Assembly: GCA_903889905.1 (NCBI GenBank)
Contig: CAISZI010000008.1
Coordinates: 40,766 to 104,765 of the forward strand
Direction: 5' to 3'
Length of the DNA: 64,000 nt
Source: Candidatus Wirthbacteria bacterium
Lineage (GTDB): Bacteria > Patescibacteriota > CG2-30-54-11
The position numbers and the translations under genes were made by a program. Under the pieces are notes generated by a model that was given only the letters and a program-made list of their open reading frames with translations, searched no databases and had not been told where the DNA came from. Numbering within the stretch: the first letter of the stretch is position 1; each line of letters begins with the position of its first letter. Below, one piece after another: positions 38,285 through 49,300 of this stretch.

Positions 38285-41200
38285 CTAATTGAAGTTGACT
38301 GCGCTGCCATTATTATAAAGCATCTGCACCTGGGCGGCGGTGAGGCCATAATTATAGAATCTCACATCATCTATCTGGCCATCGATAACACGCCAAAAGA
38401 CGGCATCGGGATTCCGGCCAATCATGAAATTACGGGCAACACTGACATTACCGGCTGCAGCGCCACTGCCTTCCAATTTTCCATTGACATAAATATATCC
38501 TACACCAGCGCTGCGCACACCAACGATATGGTACCAGGTACCGGTGGCGATGACCGTCGTGCTGCAAATGGTTGAGCTGGTGACAGAGAAATCCATACGG
38601 TTGGCGACACCGCAGATTGACCCTCCCGTATCATTTTCAAAATGCGTCCCGTCCCAGGTGCCAGAATAGACTGAATTGGAGACAGGCGGATAGTAATCGG
38701 CGAGTCCAGCGTATTTGACCCAGTAGGCAATGCTGTAATCCCCCGTCCCGAAATTGAACTGCGAGGCTGTGCCCAAATCCACATAATCATTAACGGCCGG
38801 ATTAAATGCCAGACTCGCATTCCACTTCCCAGCCGCCCCATTCCCCCAGGCCGTACCCGCCGTGCTACATGTACCCGCCGCGGTCACTCCCATCCAGGTA
38901 CCATTGAACTGATTGGAGCTCACATCGTGAATCGTCGTGCCCTGACATTCGTCCAGGTTGTAGTAGGAGATTGGCTTGCCACGATTGTAGTCCCAGGCAA
39001 CCTGGGCGGCGGAGCGGGCATAATTATAAACCTTGACATCATCGATGGCACCATTAAATGGCCAGACGGTTGCCCCTTCGCGACCGATTTCAAAAGCGCC
39101 CGAACTGGTGGTCGGATTGGAATGGGTTCCCTGGGAGGCATAACCCAGCAAAACACCATTTTTATAAAACTTGACCGTAGTGCCACTGCGCACAGCCACC
39201 ACATGCTGCCAGACATTGGTGACGACACTTCCGGATGCGCTAAAGGAGTTTTGCAGCGCGCCTGCCTGATTGGTCGTCACATTCAACTCATCCCCAAGCA
39301 ACGAAAAATTGTAGCCGTCGGTGTTGTACGTTCCGCGAGCCATAATCCGTGTCGCTGCGGGTAATGCAGTCGGATTGATCCAAGCCTCGAGCGTAAAATC
39401 CGAACTGGTAAAATTCAGTGCAGATGAGGGCGAGTTGTCATTGGCCGTGATGTAATCTCCACTCGCACTGCCGTTACTCCCCGTAAAACTACCCGCTTTG
39501 CCAATTTTGCCGCTCTGCCAATGGCTGTCTGATCCAGTCCAGGTCCCGATGATCCCATTGCCACTGATATCATTGGCCGTGCTGCCGGTTCCTTCGTTTA
39601 GATTCCAATACGCCACCGGCGCGCTGCAGCTGGTACTATCCCCCGGCACGCAATACTCGCGGGCGGCGGAATTATCAGGAACACCGGCCGCAGTGGTACC
39701 GGTGGTGCCAAGCGTAAGGGCTGAACCATGGTTGTAGTCAAGCAGAACCTCGTCGGGCGACAGGGCGTAGTTATAGATCTTGATCTCATCCAAAAGTCCA
39801 TTGAGATAACGACTGGCTAATCCTGAATTGTCATTGCCAAAATAGAGCTTGTCGTCAGCGGCTGAAACCGCACCCTGTGACCAGGTAGCGGAACCTTGGC
39901 TTACCCCATTCAGATACAAGGTCGCCACCTGATTTTGATAAACGCCAACAAGCTGGTACCAGGTGCCCGTTGTCAGGGTCGCCGTGGCATAAGGAGAATT
40001 ACACGCGACGTTGGTTTTACAAATGCTGAAGTAAAATTTGTTCTGTGCTTGATCAATACCCAATCCATAACCAAACTTATTGGCAGTCGAATATTGACTG
40101 ACAATCATGGGCGAAGACAAACTGACTGAGCTCACATTTACCCACGTCGAAATCGTGAAATCATTGGTGGAATTAAACTTATAAATGCTGTTAGTCGCAT
40201 CAACATAGCCGTTTGCGTTAGCCGGGAATGACAGCGCTTTGTTGTATTTGCCAGCTGTGCTCCATGTCACCGAAGAGCCCAGCGTGCCGCTGACATTACT
40301 TGGACTGGCATCGTGTGCAGTAGTGCCATAACCTTCGTCAAATTTCCACCAACCAATGGTCGATCCCACCGGACTTCCGCCCGCCGGATGGCCACCATTC
40401 ATGTCTTCAACGACCTGCTTCCCGGTACGGGCATAGTTATAAATCTTGACCTCGTCGATCTGACCATTGGTGCGATAGTTGACGCCGCTGTTGGCACCGA
40501 TGTTGAGAGTGGAATCCGACTGTTTCATCGTGCCCGTCGTCGTATCGGTCCAGGTGGTGCTGTCTACACCATCAACATACATTTTGAACTGGGTACCACT
40601 ACGGACAACCTCAACATGATGCCAGGCGTTGATACTGATCGTGGGGCCATCAGCCTCGTACTTGGTATTGCTGGTATTCCACCAGTGAAAATATAATTTG
40701 TCGTCAGCGGCCAGCGAGGTCAGGTCAAAGGACGCATAAGGCGAGGCCACGTTACGCTGTACATAAATAATTTGGTCTTCCCCTTTGGCCGACGACAGTT
40801 GACTCAGTTTGACCCAGATCGAGATGGACAGGTCATTGGGTGGCATCAGCGTAGCGCTGTTACTGACACTCAAAAAGTTATCCGAACCATTGAAATTGAG
40901 TGAAGTACCAAATTTCCCCGGTTTCCACTGGCTACCAAGCGTACCATTCAAGGTGCCGCTAAAGCCATTGCCACTCGAGTCATTGGCAGTGACACCCGTG
41001 TGGTCATCGAATTTCCAATACCCCACTGGCCCCGGCGCCCAGTTGTAAAGTTGGGAAACCTCACTGACGGACAAGGCGCGATTGTATAGCCGGACTTCAT
41101 CAATCAATCCATTATAAAAATTGGTGGGCGTGGTGGTTGAATCCTGAGCACCAACCTGGAAGCGTCCGAGGGTGGCAGATATGCTGGAGGGAATTGTGCC

Positions 41201-44200
41201 GGTGGTGGTGGTTGCCTGCAGCACACCGTTAATGAAGATCGTGACAGTCTGCGCTGTTGCGTTGTAGGTGCCGACGACATGATACCAGTTGCCGGTAACC
41301 AGACCGGCGGACGAGGTGGTGACATAATTGCTGGAACTTCCGACATAAAAACGGATATCGGTGGCGTATTGGGCCAGCTGATAATCCGTATTGGCACCAT
41401 CCCACTTGCCCGCAATATCAAATTGGGTCGCTGCTGTGACGGACGAGGGTTTGATCCAGGCGGAGACCGTCAGATTACTTGAAAGACTCACCGTGCTTGG
41501 ATAATTAACGACCAATTGGGGCCGATTCCCGGATGTAGCCCCGTCACTGGAAGTAAAATTTTTATAAGTGCTTGTAGATCCTTCGTTACCGATCAGCCAA
41601 AGACCGTAATTGGTCGCTGATCCGGCTACCCAGGCGGCGACATCGGCCTTAACGTCCCAATTGAGAAACCCGGTAACGTATGTAGCACTTGTGCTGGAAG
41701 TGGGCGAAACGGCAAAGTCAGTCCCGCTCAAGCCACCGGCAGTATTGGATCCCCATTGGACATAGTTACCGGTATTATTGTTTCTGTAATTCCAGGTAGA
41801 ACCGTCGGCAGCACCGGGCGGGGCAACATTTTGACTGCCCTCCCACCACTGGGTTAGGCCCCGATACACTCCGATGTTTTCAGTGGTGCCGCCACCACCC
41901 TCGTTATAGAGCGTCAATGTTGATGAGCTGATCGTGGCATTGCTGGGTATTGAGGAAACATCGAATTTAATTAAAGTACGAAAGAGTGAAGTGGTCGCAC
42001 CACGGCCAACTTCAATGTTAATGGCAGTCCCTTGGTTTGAACCCGGTGCGACCACACCATAAAGATACGTATCCAATCCTGAAGCAGCATCGGGCTGAAG
42101 CGTCAGAGATTGCGACTGATACATGTACTGCGAACTGGCTGCTGTGAAACTGCCGGCATTACTGAATTTACCACTGCTGAACGCAGGAGTATTGACGCTG
42201 GTCAGGGTGTTACCGTTGCCCGAGGAATCATTGGCATTGCCAGAACTCTCATCCATCTTCCAATAACCAACCAACCCGTTGCTCAGTGCCATCGAATTTT
42301 GGGCATTTGAGCCAATCGAAACACCTGTACCATCATCGGCATTACCGCCGTGAGCATTGAAATCTTGTTTGACCTGAATTGCCGTCCGACCATAGTTATA
42401 AATTTTAACTTCATCCATAAAACCACCAAAATATCCGGTCATTGAGGCCATCTTCACACCCAAACCCAACGATAGGCTATTGGTTGGGATTGAACTTGGC
42501 ACTGTCCCAGTCCCATCTGCTTTGCCATTGACATAAAACGTAACTGTCGTCCCAGACTTAACGACTGCCAGATGGTACCACTGACTGGCACTCAATACCG
42601 TATTACCATTAATCGACGTTGGATGAATATATAACGACAATTGCCCGCTGCTATTTAAAAACATCGAATAACCATTGGAGTTATCTTTTTGAATTAAATA
42701 TTGGGTAATGCCGGTGACTGTTATAAATTTGAACCAGCCCTCCCAAGTAGCATCGCCTGTCAGATTTATAGCCGCTGTTGACGGAACGCTGGCATACTGA
42801 GTGCTGCCGTCAAATTTGAGGCACTTGCCACTGACACACATGTCTTCGGCTGCCCAGGTGGGATCAACTGGCAAGGATGTATCGCTACCGCCCAAATACC
42901 CGTTATTACCCATGAGGTAGGTACTGGCTGCAGGGCTGGCGGCCCCCGATGGTACGCCACTAGAATAAACCGTCACACGTCCAACACTGCCTGCGCCTCC
43001 TGTCGCACCACCACCACCACCACCACCACCCCAGCCGTTACAGCCACCATTACCTGCTGCATAACCGCCACCACCACCACCGCCATTGGCAGCGCCAGCA
43101 GGCCCGGCTGTTCCCGTACCGCAACCATCGTCACCATGCCCGCCCGCACCGCCTGCAGCACCGGTTCCGGCCGTACCACCAGAGGCAGTCACCAAACTGG
43201 AACCCAACGTTGCTAGACCAGTCTTGATCAGGACACTACCACCTGCACCGCCACCGCCACTACCTCCGCCGCCGCCGCCCGCACCAATCAACCAAGTCGA
43301 GCCAGCACCCGCCGTTCCTGCCGTTCCATTGGAACCATTTCCCCCATTGCTTCGAATCGCACCACTAGTAGTGACGATTGGAGCAAATATTGTCAGAATC
43401 CCGCCACCTGTCCCACCGCCACCACCGGCTCCACCGGTACCTGGGCTTGCAAGACCATTACCATTTGCTCCCGTTCCGCCTGTCGCTCCATTACTACCTA
43501 GATACAATTTCTGTAAGTCTGAGCTCCCGTATGTAGAGACATTTTTAAAATTATCGGACCCCACTCCCGCAGGACCGGGAGTGCCAATATCCGCATAATA
43601 TCCACCATTCCCATTGCCACTGGTACTAATCGCTCCTCCATTACCAGCATTGGGCGGAGCCGTACAAGGCATTTGCAGACAACTGCTCGTGCCACCCGCA
43701 CCACCAGTCAACGTCACCGCGCCACTACCACCGCCACCACCGGAATTGGCACCAGCACTGCCTGTTGTACTGCTATTTCCTCCCACCACACCATCACCGG
43801 AGCCACCTATTGCGCCGGTACTTGTATTGTTCATCTGAGCATACGCGCCACCGCCGCCACCACCACCACCTTTGGCTGGCATAGATCCGACTGCACCATA
43901 AGATCCCCCTTGACCGCCACCGCCGCCACCACCGCCAGGAAAAGTAGATGACCCGGAACCACCACCAGCACTACCACCGGGCACACCCATCACAACAGGA
44001 TAGGTCGCCGTATAGCCTTTGGCATTCATATCAATTGTTCCGGAAGCAGTCACTGTACCGGTGGCCCGAAAAAAAAGCACGCCATTTTTGGTCCCGTTAA
44101 ACGCATCCACGGTCAACGTTGCACCGCCCGAAACAGTTACTGTTCCATAATTCGGTACGCGCTGCACCATAATTTGCTGAGTGGTGCCATCATAAGCATT

Positions 44201-46108
44201 GGCAAACGGAACTGTCACGTTGATGTTGACGTTATTAGCGCCCGAAAAGCTAGCAATGCGCCTGGTTTCATACTGGCCGACGGTGGAATAATTGGATGAG
44301 GTTCCCTGCAGATTGATGACCAGAATTTCATCCCCAACCGCGAGTCCTAGCGTATCCGGATTGTTGGTTGAAACCGTGACATAAGTCGCACCAACCGAAG
44401 TCAGCACTGTGGAGCTGAAATTCACCGCATCAGCTTTGGCGCGACTGACGCAGGTATTGGAAGATGCGGCGGTTACATTCACCGTACCGCTGGGGACGCT
44501 GCAGTTGCCATCGGCGCCAGTACCATAGTCAGCACTGTCTTTGGCGGTGACGGAGTCATAAACTTTTTGACCACTTCCCTCATCAAATTTCCAGTAAGCA
44601 GCTGGCCCGGTTGACTGCTCCTCGGTCCCGCTCAGCGTCACTGTCGGCATCGTACTGACTGTCTTGTGCACAAACACCCAATCCAACGTCGTGGTAAAAG
44701 TCAGCGTATTGCTAAATTCCAGCTCCAAACTACCCGTCGGCACATTGGTTGTGGGATTAGAAATTTGGGAACCATTTTGATAAAACAATGTACCCGATGC
44801 ACTATAACGATTGATTCGGTAATTCTGCATGGCCGTACGGTCAGTCACCGTCAGGGCAGCACTCGTCGTTGCTGAACTGGCTGCCTTGGAACTCGAATAG
44901 ACATTGGTCGTTGTGGCACTATTGGTATAAAGTATGGCGTTGTTCGTATCGGTCACGTCACGATAGCCCGCAGCCGCCAGTTTATTGGTACCATCTCCGG
45001 CCGCGGTCTGCATGCGATAATCCATGATTGAATAACCATAACTGAGATTGGAACGAATTTTGGCACCAGTGCTGATTGAAGCCAATCCGCTGCCTGCTGT
45101 CACTGAGCCCGTTACAGTCCAATTTCCAGTATCAATACTACTGCCACTGAAATCATCAAAAAACTGAAAAACACTGGTTCCACTGGCAATGTTAACCACC
45201 TGCGAATTGCCATAGTAAACATAAATTGCCGTGCCTGTTGTGACAACAGAGGGGACCTTGGTCCAGATGGCAGTAGTCTGACTGTCGCACTGATTGGTTC
45301 CTGTCTCGATCCAGTGCGGGAGCAATTTCCCATTGATGTCGGTAACCCGTATATCGGCGCAATCTGAAAGCAGCTTGCCCTGGTAGATCAATCCGGAAGC
45401 ATTATTGCTGCGAGTATCCAGCGTAATCGACACCTGGAAATCCGTCTGGTTGGACGAAATACTGGTGAGGTCAACACGTTTGCGATAAAGCCAGTTTTCG
45501 TTCCACCAAGCCGCGGCTGCGGATTTGCGGTTGAGGAAGAAGACGATGCCCACGATCACGACCAGAGAAGCAGCCAGGCCAAACCAGAAACGGCGGGAAC
45601 GGAGAGAGAGTAACCCCTCCTTGCCTCCCCTTACTCTAAGGGGAGGAATAAGAAAATGCCAAAAGCGACTTAAACCTCCTTCCCTTAGAGTAAGGGAAGG
45701 TTGGGATGGGTTACTCTGTCTTATCTGCTCAGTGCTGGAGCCTGCGACGTGCTTAGAGTAAGAGGGGGCAGGGGGAGTTACTCCCCATTCTTTTTTCGGT
45801 TTCTCCCGCGCTGCCGCCACCATCCCTTCCGCCCGCTGCTCAACCACCGGCGGCAAATCCATTTTTTTGACAAATATTTTGGGCTTTTTGATCACAAATA
45901 CCGGCATCCCAGCCTTGGGGCGGAGGTCGATGGGGTGGGCATGGTTGGTTGAAGGTTGTGGTTTTTTCGTTGTTTCAGCTTGATCTAACCCACCTTTATC
46001 CTCCCTTACTCTAAGGGAGGACTTCTGAAAGTCTCCCCTTAAAGTAAGGGGAGATTTAGAGGGGTTATGATTCTCCCCGAATTCTAGTTTTTTCCTGGCA
46101 TTTGACAT
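38285..46108 (-). CDS. giant surface protein A: N-terminal TM, DUF2341, Gly-rich insert, DNRLRE-like insert, six LamG domains
   Basis: WWNENWLYRK...DIRVTD...IWTKVP...YYGN (DUF2341); repeated YWKFDEG...DEVKIYNY (LamG). Confidence 0.9.
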   Translation of the reverse strand: MSNARKKLEFGENHNPSKSPLTLRGDFQKSSLRVREDKGGLDQAETTKKPQPSTNHAHPIDLRPKAGMPVFVIKKPKIFVKKMDLPPVVEQRAEGMVAAAREKPKKEWGVTPPAPSYSKHVAGSSTEQIRQSNPSQPSLTLREGGLSRFWHFLIPPLRVRGGKEGLLSLRSRRFWFGLAASLVVIVGIVFFLNRKSAAAAWWNENWLYRKRVDLTSISSNQTDFQVSITLDTRSNNASGLIYQGKLLSDCADIRVTDINGKLLPHWIETGTNQCDSQTTAIWTKVPSVVTTGTAIYVYYGNSQVVNIASGTSVFQFFDDFSGSSIDTGNWTVTGSVTAGSGLASISTGAKIRSNLSYGYSIMDYRMQTAAGDGTNKLAAAGYRDVTDTNNAILYTNSATTTNVYSSSKAASSATTSAALTVTDRTAMQNYRINRYSASGTLFYQNGSQISNPTTNVPTGSLELEFSNTLTFTTTLDWVFVHKTVSTMPTVTLSGTEEQSTGPAAYWKFDEGSGQKVYDSVTAKDSADYGTGADGNCSVPSGTVNVTAASSNTCVSRAKADAVNFSSTVLTSVGATYVTVSTNNPDTLGLAVGDEILVINLQGTSSNYSTVGQYETRRIASFSGANNVNINVTVPFANAYDGTTQQIMVQRVPNYGTVTVSGGATLTVDAFNGTKNGVLFFRATGTVTASGTIDMNAKGYTATYPVVMGVPGGSAGGGSGSSTFPGGGGGGGGQGGSYGAVGSMPAKGGGGGGGGAYAQMNNTSTGAIGGSGDGVVGGNSSTTGSAGANSGGGGGSGAVTLTGGAGGTSSCLQMPCTAPPNAGNGGAISTSGNGNGGYYADIGTPGPAGVGSDNFKNVSTYGSSDLQKLYLGSNGATGGTGANGNGLASPGTGGAGGGGGTGGGILTIFAPIVTTSGAIRSNGGNGSNGTAGTAGAGSTWLIGAGGGGGGSGGGGAGGSVLIKTGLATLGSSLVTASGGTAGTGAAGGAGGHGDDGCGTGTAGPAGAANGGGGGGGYAAGNGGCNGWGGGGGGGGATGGAGSVGRVTVYSSGVPSGAASPAASTYLMGNNGYLGGSDTSLPVDPTWAAEDMCVSGKCLKFDGSTQYASVPSTAAINLTGDATWEGWFKFITVTGITQYLIQKDNSNGYSMFLNSSGQLSLYIHPTSINGNTVLSASQWYHLAVVKSGTTVTFYVNGKADGTGTVPSSIPTNSLSLGLGVKMASMTGYFGGFMDEVKIYNYGRTAIQVKQDFNAHGGNADDGTGVSIGSNAQNSMALSNGLVGYWKMDESSGNANDSSGNGNTLTSVNTPAFSSGKFSNAGSFTAASSQYMYQSQSLTLQPDAASGLDTYLYGVVAPGSNQGTAINIEVGRGATTSLFRTLIKFDVSSIPSNATISSSTLTLYNEGGGGTTENIGVYRGLTQWWEGSQNVAPPGAADGSTWNYRNNNTGNYVQWGSNTAGGLSGTDFAVSPTSSTSATYVTGFLNWDVKADVAAWVAGSATNYGLWLIGNEGSTSTYKNFTSSDGATSGNRPQLVVNYPSTVSLSSNLTVSAWIKPSSVTAATQFDIAGKWDGANTDYQLAQYATDIRFYVGSSSNYVTTSSAGLVTGNWYHVVGTYNATAQTVTIFINGVLQATTTTGTIPSSISATLGRFQVGAQDSTTTPTNFYNGLIDEVRLYNRALSVSEVSQLYNWAPGPVGYWKFDDHTGVTANDSSGNGFSGTLNGTLGSQWKPGKFGTSLNFNGSDNFLSVSNSATLMPPNDLSISIWVKLSQLSSAKGEDQIIYVQRNVASPYASFDLTSLAADDKLYFHWWNTSNTKYEADGPTISINAWHHVEVVRSGTQFKMYVDGVDSTTWTDTTTGTMKQSDSTLNIGANSGVNYRTNGQIDEVKIYNYARTGKQVVEDMNGGHPAGGSPVGSTIGWWKFDEGYGTTAHDASPSNVSGTLGSSVTWSTAGKYNKALSFPANANGYVDATNSIYKFNSTNDFTISTWVNVSSVSLSSPMIVSQYSTANKFGYGLGIDQAQNKFYFSICKTNVACNSPYATATLTTGTWYQLVGVYQNQVATLYLNGVSQGSATWSQGAVSAADDKLYFGNDNSGLASRYLNGLLDEIKIYNYALSPDEVLLDYNHGSALTLGTTGTTAAGVPDNSAAREYCVPGDSTSCSAPVAYWNLNEGTGSTANDISGNGIIGTWTGSDSHWQSGKIGKAGSFTGSNGSASGDYITANDNSPSSALNFTSSDFTLEAWINPTALPAATRIMARGTYNTDGYNFSLLGDELNVTTNQAGALQNSFSASGSVVTNVWQHVVAVRSGTTVKFYKNGVLLGYASQGTHSNPTTSSGAFEIGREGATVWPFNGAIDDVKVYNYARSAAQVAWDYNRGKPISYYNLDECQGTTIHDVSSNQFNGTWMGVTAAGTCSTAGTAWGNGAAGKWNASLAFNPAVNDYVDLGTASQFNFGTGDYSIAYWVKYAGLADYYPPVSNSVYSGTWDGTHFENDTGGSICGVANRMDFSVTSSTICSTTVIATGTWYHIVGVRSAGVGYIYVNGKLEGSGAAAGNVSVARNFMIGRNPDAVFWRVIDGQIDDVRFYNYGLTAAQVQMLYNNGSAVNFN

Positions 46109-46197
46109 CGGTTTTGGGCTTGGTTTGGGTGGAATGGTGGTTATCGAATTAGTATAGGGGAAATTTGTGGAAATAAGATGGATAGGGTGTCCGGATC

Positions 46198-46299
46198 TAA
46201 CCCCTCCTAACCTCCCCTTGCTCCAAGGGGAGGAATCGAACCCGCACTTTCACTTTCTGTGCTCCTCCCCTTAAGCTAAGGGGAGGCTGGGAAGGGTTA
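46198..46299. repeat. inverted pair of TAAC-CCCC...CCCCTT-loop-AAGGGG repeats (intergenic)
   Basis: taacccctcctaacctccccttgctccaaggggagg ... cctccccttaagctaaggggaggctgggaagggtta. Confidence 0.85.
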
Positions 46300-46306
46300 T
46301 GCATCC

Positions 46307-49300
46307 CTATTTCAGGTTTACCACGGCGTTTTGATTATACAATATTTGGACCTGGGTGGGAGTGAGGGAATAATTATAAAGTCGGACATCGTCGATCTGG
46401 CCGGTGAAGGGGAAATCGGTGCCACCAATATAGGTGGTCGCCGCTGAGGATGGCAACGTGGCCGGAATGCTCGTCGTGGTATAAACTTTACGAATAGCAT
46501 CAACATAAATCGCAATAGACGTGGATGGAGTATAAATCGCAACCAAATGATGCCAGCCACCATCGGCAACCGTCACGGCATTGTCATACACTTGCGTTGA
46601 CCCAAAGAACACGGCCGGCACTTTGCCATTCACACCTGCGCCCAAACCAATCGACATCATATAGGTGCCTGACCCCTTGGCAATTACCCGTCCTGCATTG
46701 GCCGACGTTTTGACCCAGGTAGACATGGTCATCGGGCCGGTGAAATCCAGTCCGCTGGGGTTGCCCAAGGTTACGACATCATCCGTCCCATCAAAGTTCA
46801 AACTACCATTGTACTTGCCACTGCGCCCACTGTACCAGGCCGTGGAAGCATTGGTCGCGCACTTCCCTACCGACGTCTGACTGCCACCGGCCCCACTCCA
46901 GGTGCCGCTCAGGTTATTGCCGCTCGAATCATGCAGAGTTGCGTTTTGGCATTCATCAAACTTCCACCACGCCACGGGCAGGCCACGGTTGTAATCCCAG
47001 GCGATCTGGGCAGGAGTGCGGGCGTAATTGTAGAGGCGTAAATCGTCGATCTTGCCATGAAACATGTTTGCAGCAGCGACATCAGTGCCAATGCGCGGCA
47101 CAAAATTCGGCGTTGTATTGTCAAAGGCAACGCTCGCAGTACTTTGGGAATAATTCACGCCATTTAGATAAATATGATGGACATCCGCAACTGAGTCATA
47201 GACAACGGCCACGTGGTACCAGGTATTGGCTGACAGCGCACGCGAATCCGATGCCCAGGTAACATATCCACCGGCATCCGGGGCGCGTCCGCCGATGCCA
47301 AGCATGTTGGATGCATTGACCATAAACTGGAATCGATTGGATCCATCGACATTGATCGGTTCCGTGAAAATCGGATTGATAACACCCAATTGTGTGAGAT
47401 AGATCCATCCTTCTATTGTAACTTGTGTCAATCCTTTGATTGAATTCCCATTATTGGTCGTCAGATAATTATTTGTCCCATTAAAATTTCCCGCTCCCCC
47501 TATCTTCCCCGGTTTCCACTGACTTCCCAATGATCCCTGCCATGCTCCGTTAAAGGCATTCCCACTGGTATCCGTCGCCGTACTTCCTGTCCCCTCATCA
47601 AACTTCCACTCTGCCACCGGCGGATTACACGAACTGGCATCTCCCGGCACGCAGTAAAGCGATGCATCCGACCGGCTGGCATTGCCCGACGAGTCGACGG
47701 TATTGGCGCCCACCACTGTGGCTGAACCGTGATTGAAGTCGAGCAGCACTTCGTCGGGGGTGATGGCGTAGGTATAGACTTTGACTTCATCGATGGGGCC
47801 ACTGAAGTAGTGTGTACTATTATCATTACCAATACGGAGAGCATCGGCATTAGTGATATTGGGCCAGGTGCCGTGCGTGGTGAGGGTGGTGGCGACTTCT
47901 TTGCCATCGACAAACAGCCGCACTTTGTCCGTACTTTGGTCAGCAACCATGGCGTAATAATGCCAGTTGCCATCGGCCACATCGGCCGTGCTCACCGCGA
48001 TCCGATCGACGGTACCGTTTGCCTGAGTGAACGACCCAACCAGAAACTGCCCCGCAGCCGAACAGTCGCTGTTGCCACAAATCATCAGGCTGTATTGCGG
48101 GTAATTGGCGCTGTTCTGGCGCTTGGTGACAATCGGCCCAGTCTGATCACTGTTTGCGGGTTTGGCCCAGGCGCTCACGGTCCAGCTCGCACCTGCGCCG
48201 GGCTGCAGGCTGGCGGCATCGGGAACATTGACATAGGCGCTGCTGCCATTAAATGTGAGCGCTTTGCCGAATTGCCCAGCCGTCGTCCAGGTGGCGCTAA
48301 CAATGCTACCGTCGTGGCCTTTGGCTTCGGAGTCATGCGCCGTGCTGCCCGTGCCTTCATCAAATTTCCAGTAGGCGGCCATCATCTTGGTACCCACGGC
48401 AGGATGATCGGCAGCCTGGGTGGATTCGATTTGTTTTTGGGTCAAGGCATAGTTGTAGATGCGGATGTCATCCAAGGCACCAACAAAAGCATGACTATTC
48501 AAGCCAATATCCCAAGTACCAATTTGGAAATTCTCAGCAGTATTAAATACACTTGTAGGTAAACCTGATTGGGTGGAATCTAAAATACCATTGACATAAA
48601 AATCAACTGTCCCAGAGCTAGCATGATAAACCGCCGAGACATAAGTCCAAGCACCGGCTACAATAGATGAATTAGATGCTACTTGAACTGCATTCGTACC
48701 ATCATTACTGATTGTGAATAACAGCTTGCCCGCGCCATTTCCAATACCAAAACGATAACCACGGTTTCCGACAGTGTTATAAAATTTAGAAACCATGCCG
48801 CGACTATAAGTCGCATCAATATTGGCCACTTTTTCCCACAGGCTGATCGTGAAGTCTGACCTCATTTGCAGCGGCGTGGTGTTTCCCTCATCCACCCAGG
48901 TATTCGTACCAGAGAAATTTAATGCATTGCTGATCTTACCAGCCGGTAGCCAAGTTGCCCCGGTGATGGTTCCGGTCGATCCTTTGCCTGATGAATCGGC
49001 AGTGCTAGTTCCGCTCCCCTCATCCATCTTCCACCAACCCACCGGCCCCGGCGCCCAGGTGTAGAGCTGCTGGACTTCCAGGGCGGTGAGGGCGCGGTTG
49101 TAGATGCGGACGTCGTCTTGCGAGCCATTCCACCAGTTCTCCCACATGGTGTTAGCAAGTTTGAAATGTGGCAACGTAATATTACCTGTCAATGTTGTTG
49201 GGGCCGACGCATCAAGCTTGCCATCGATATAAATCGACATGATTTTGAGTCGTTGCACCGAAACCACCACATGATGCCACGCTCCATCTCGAACACCCGT

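Noticed and set aside
46080-46108. Eukaryotic cyclin-binding RxL mimicry in the RKKLEF motif
   Set aside because: The motif is short, predicted to be cytoplasmic in the bacterium, and nothing indicates a eukaryotic host
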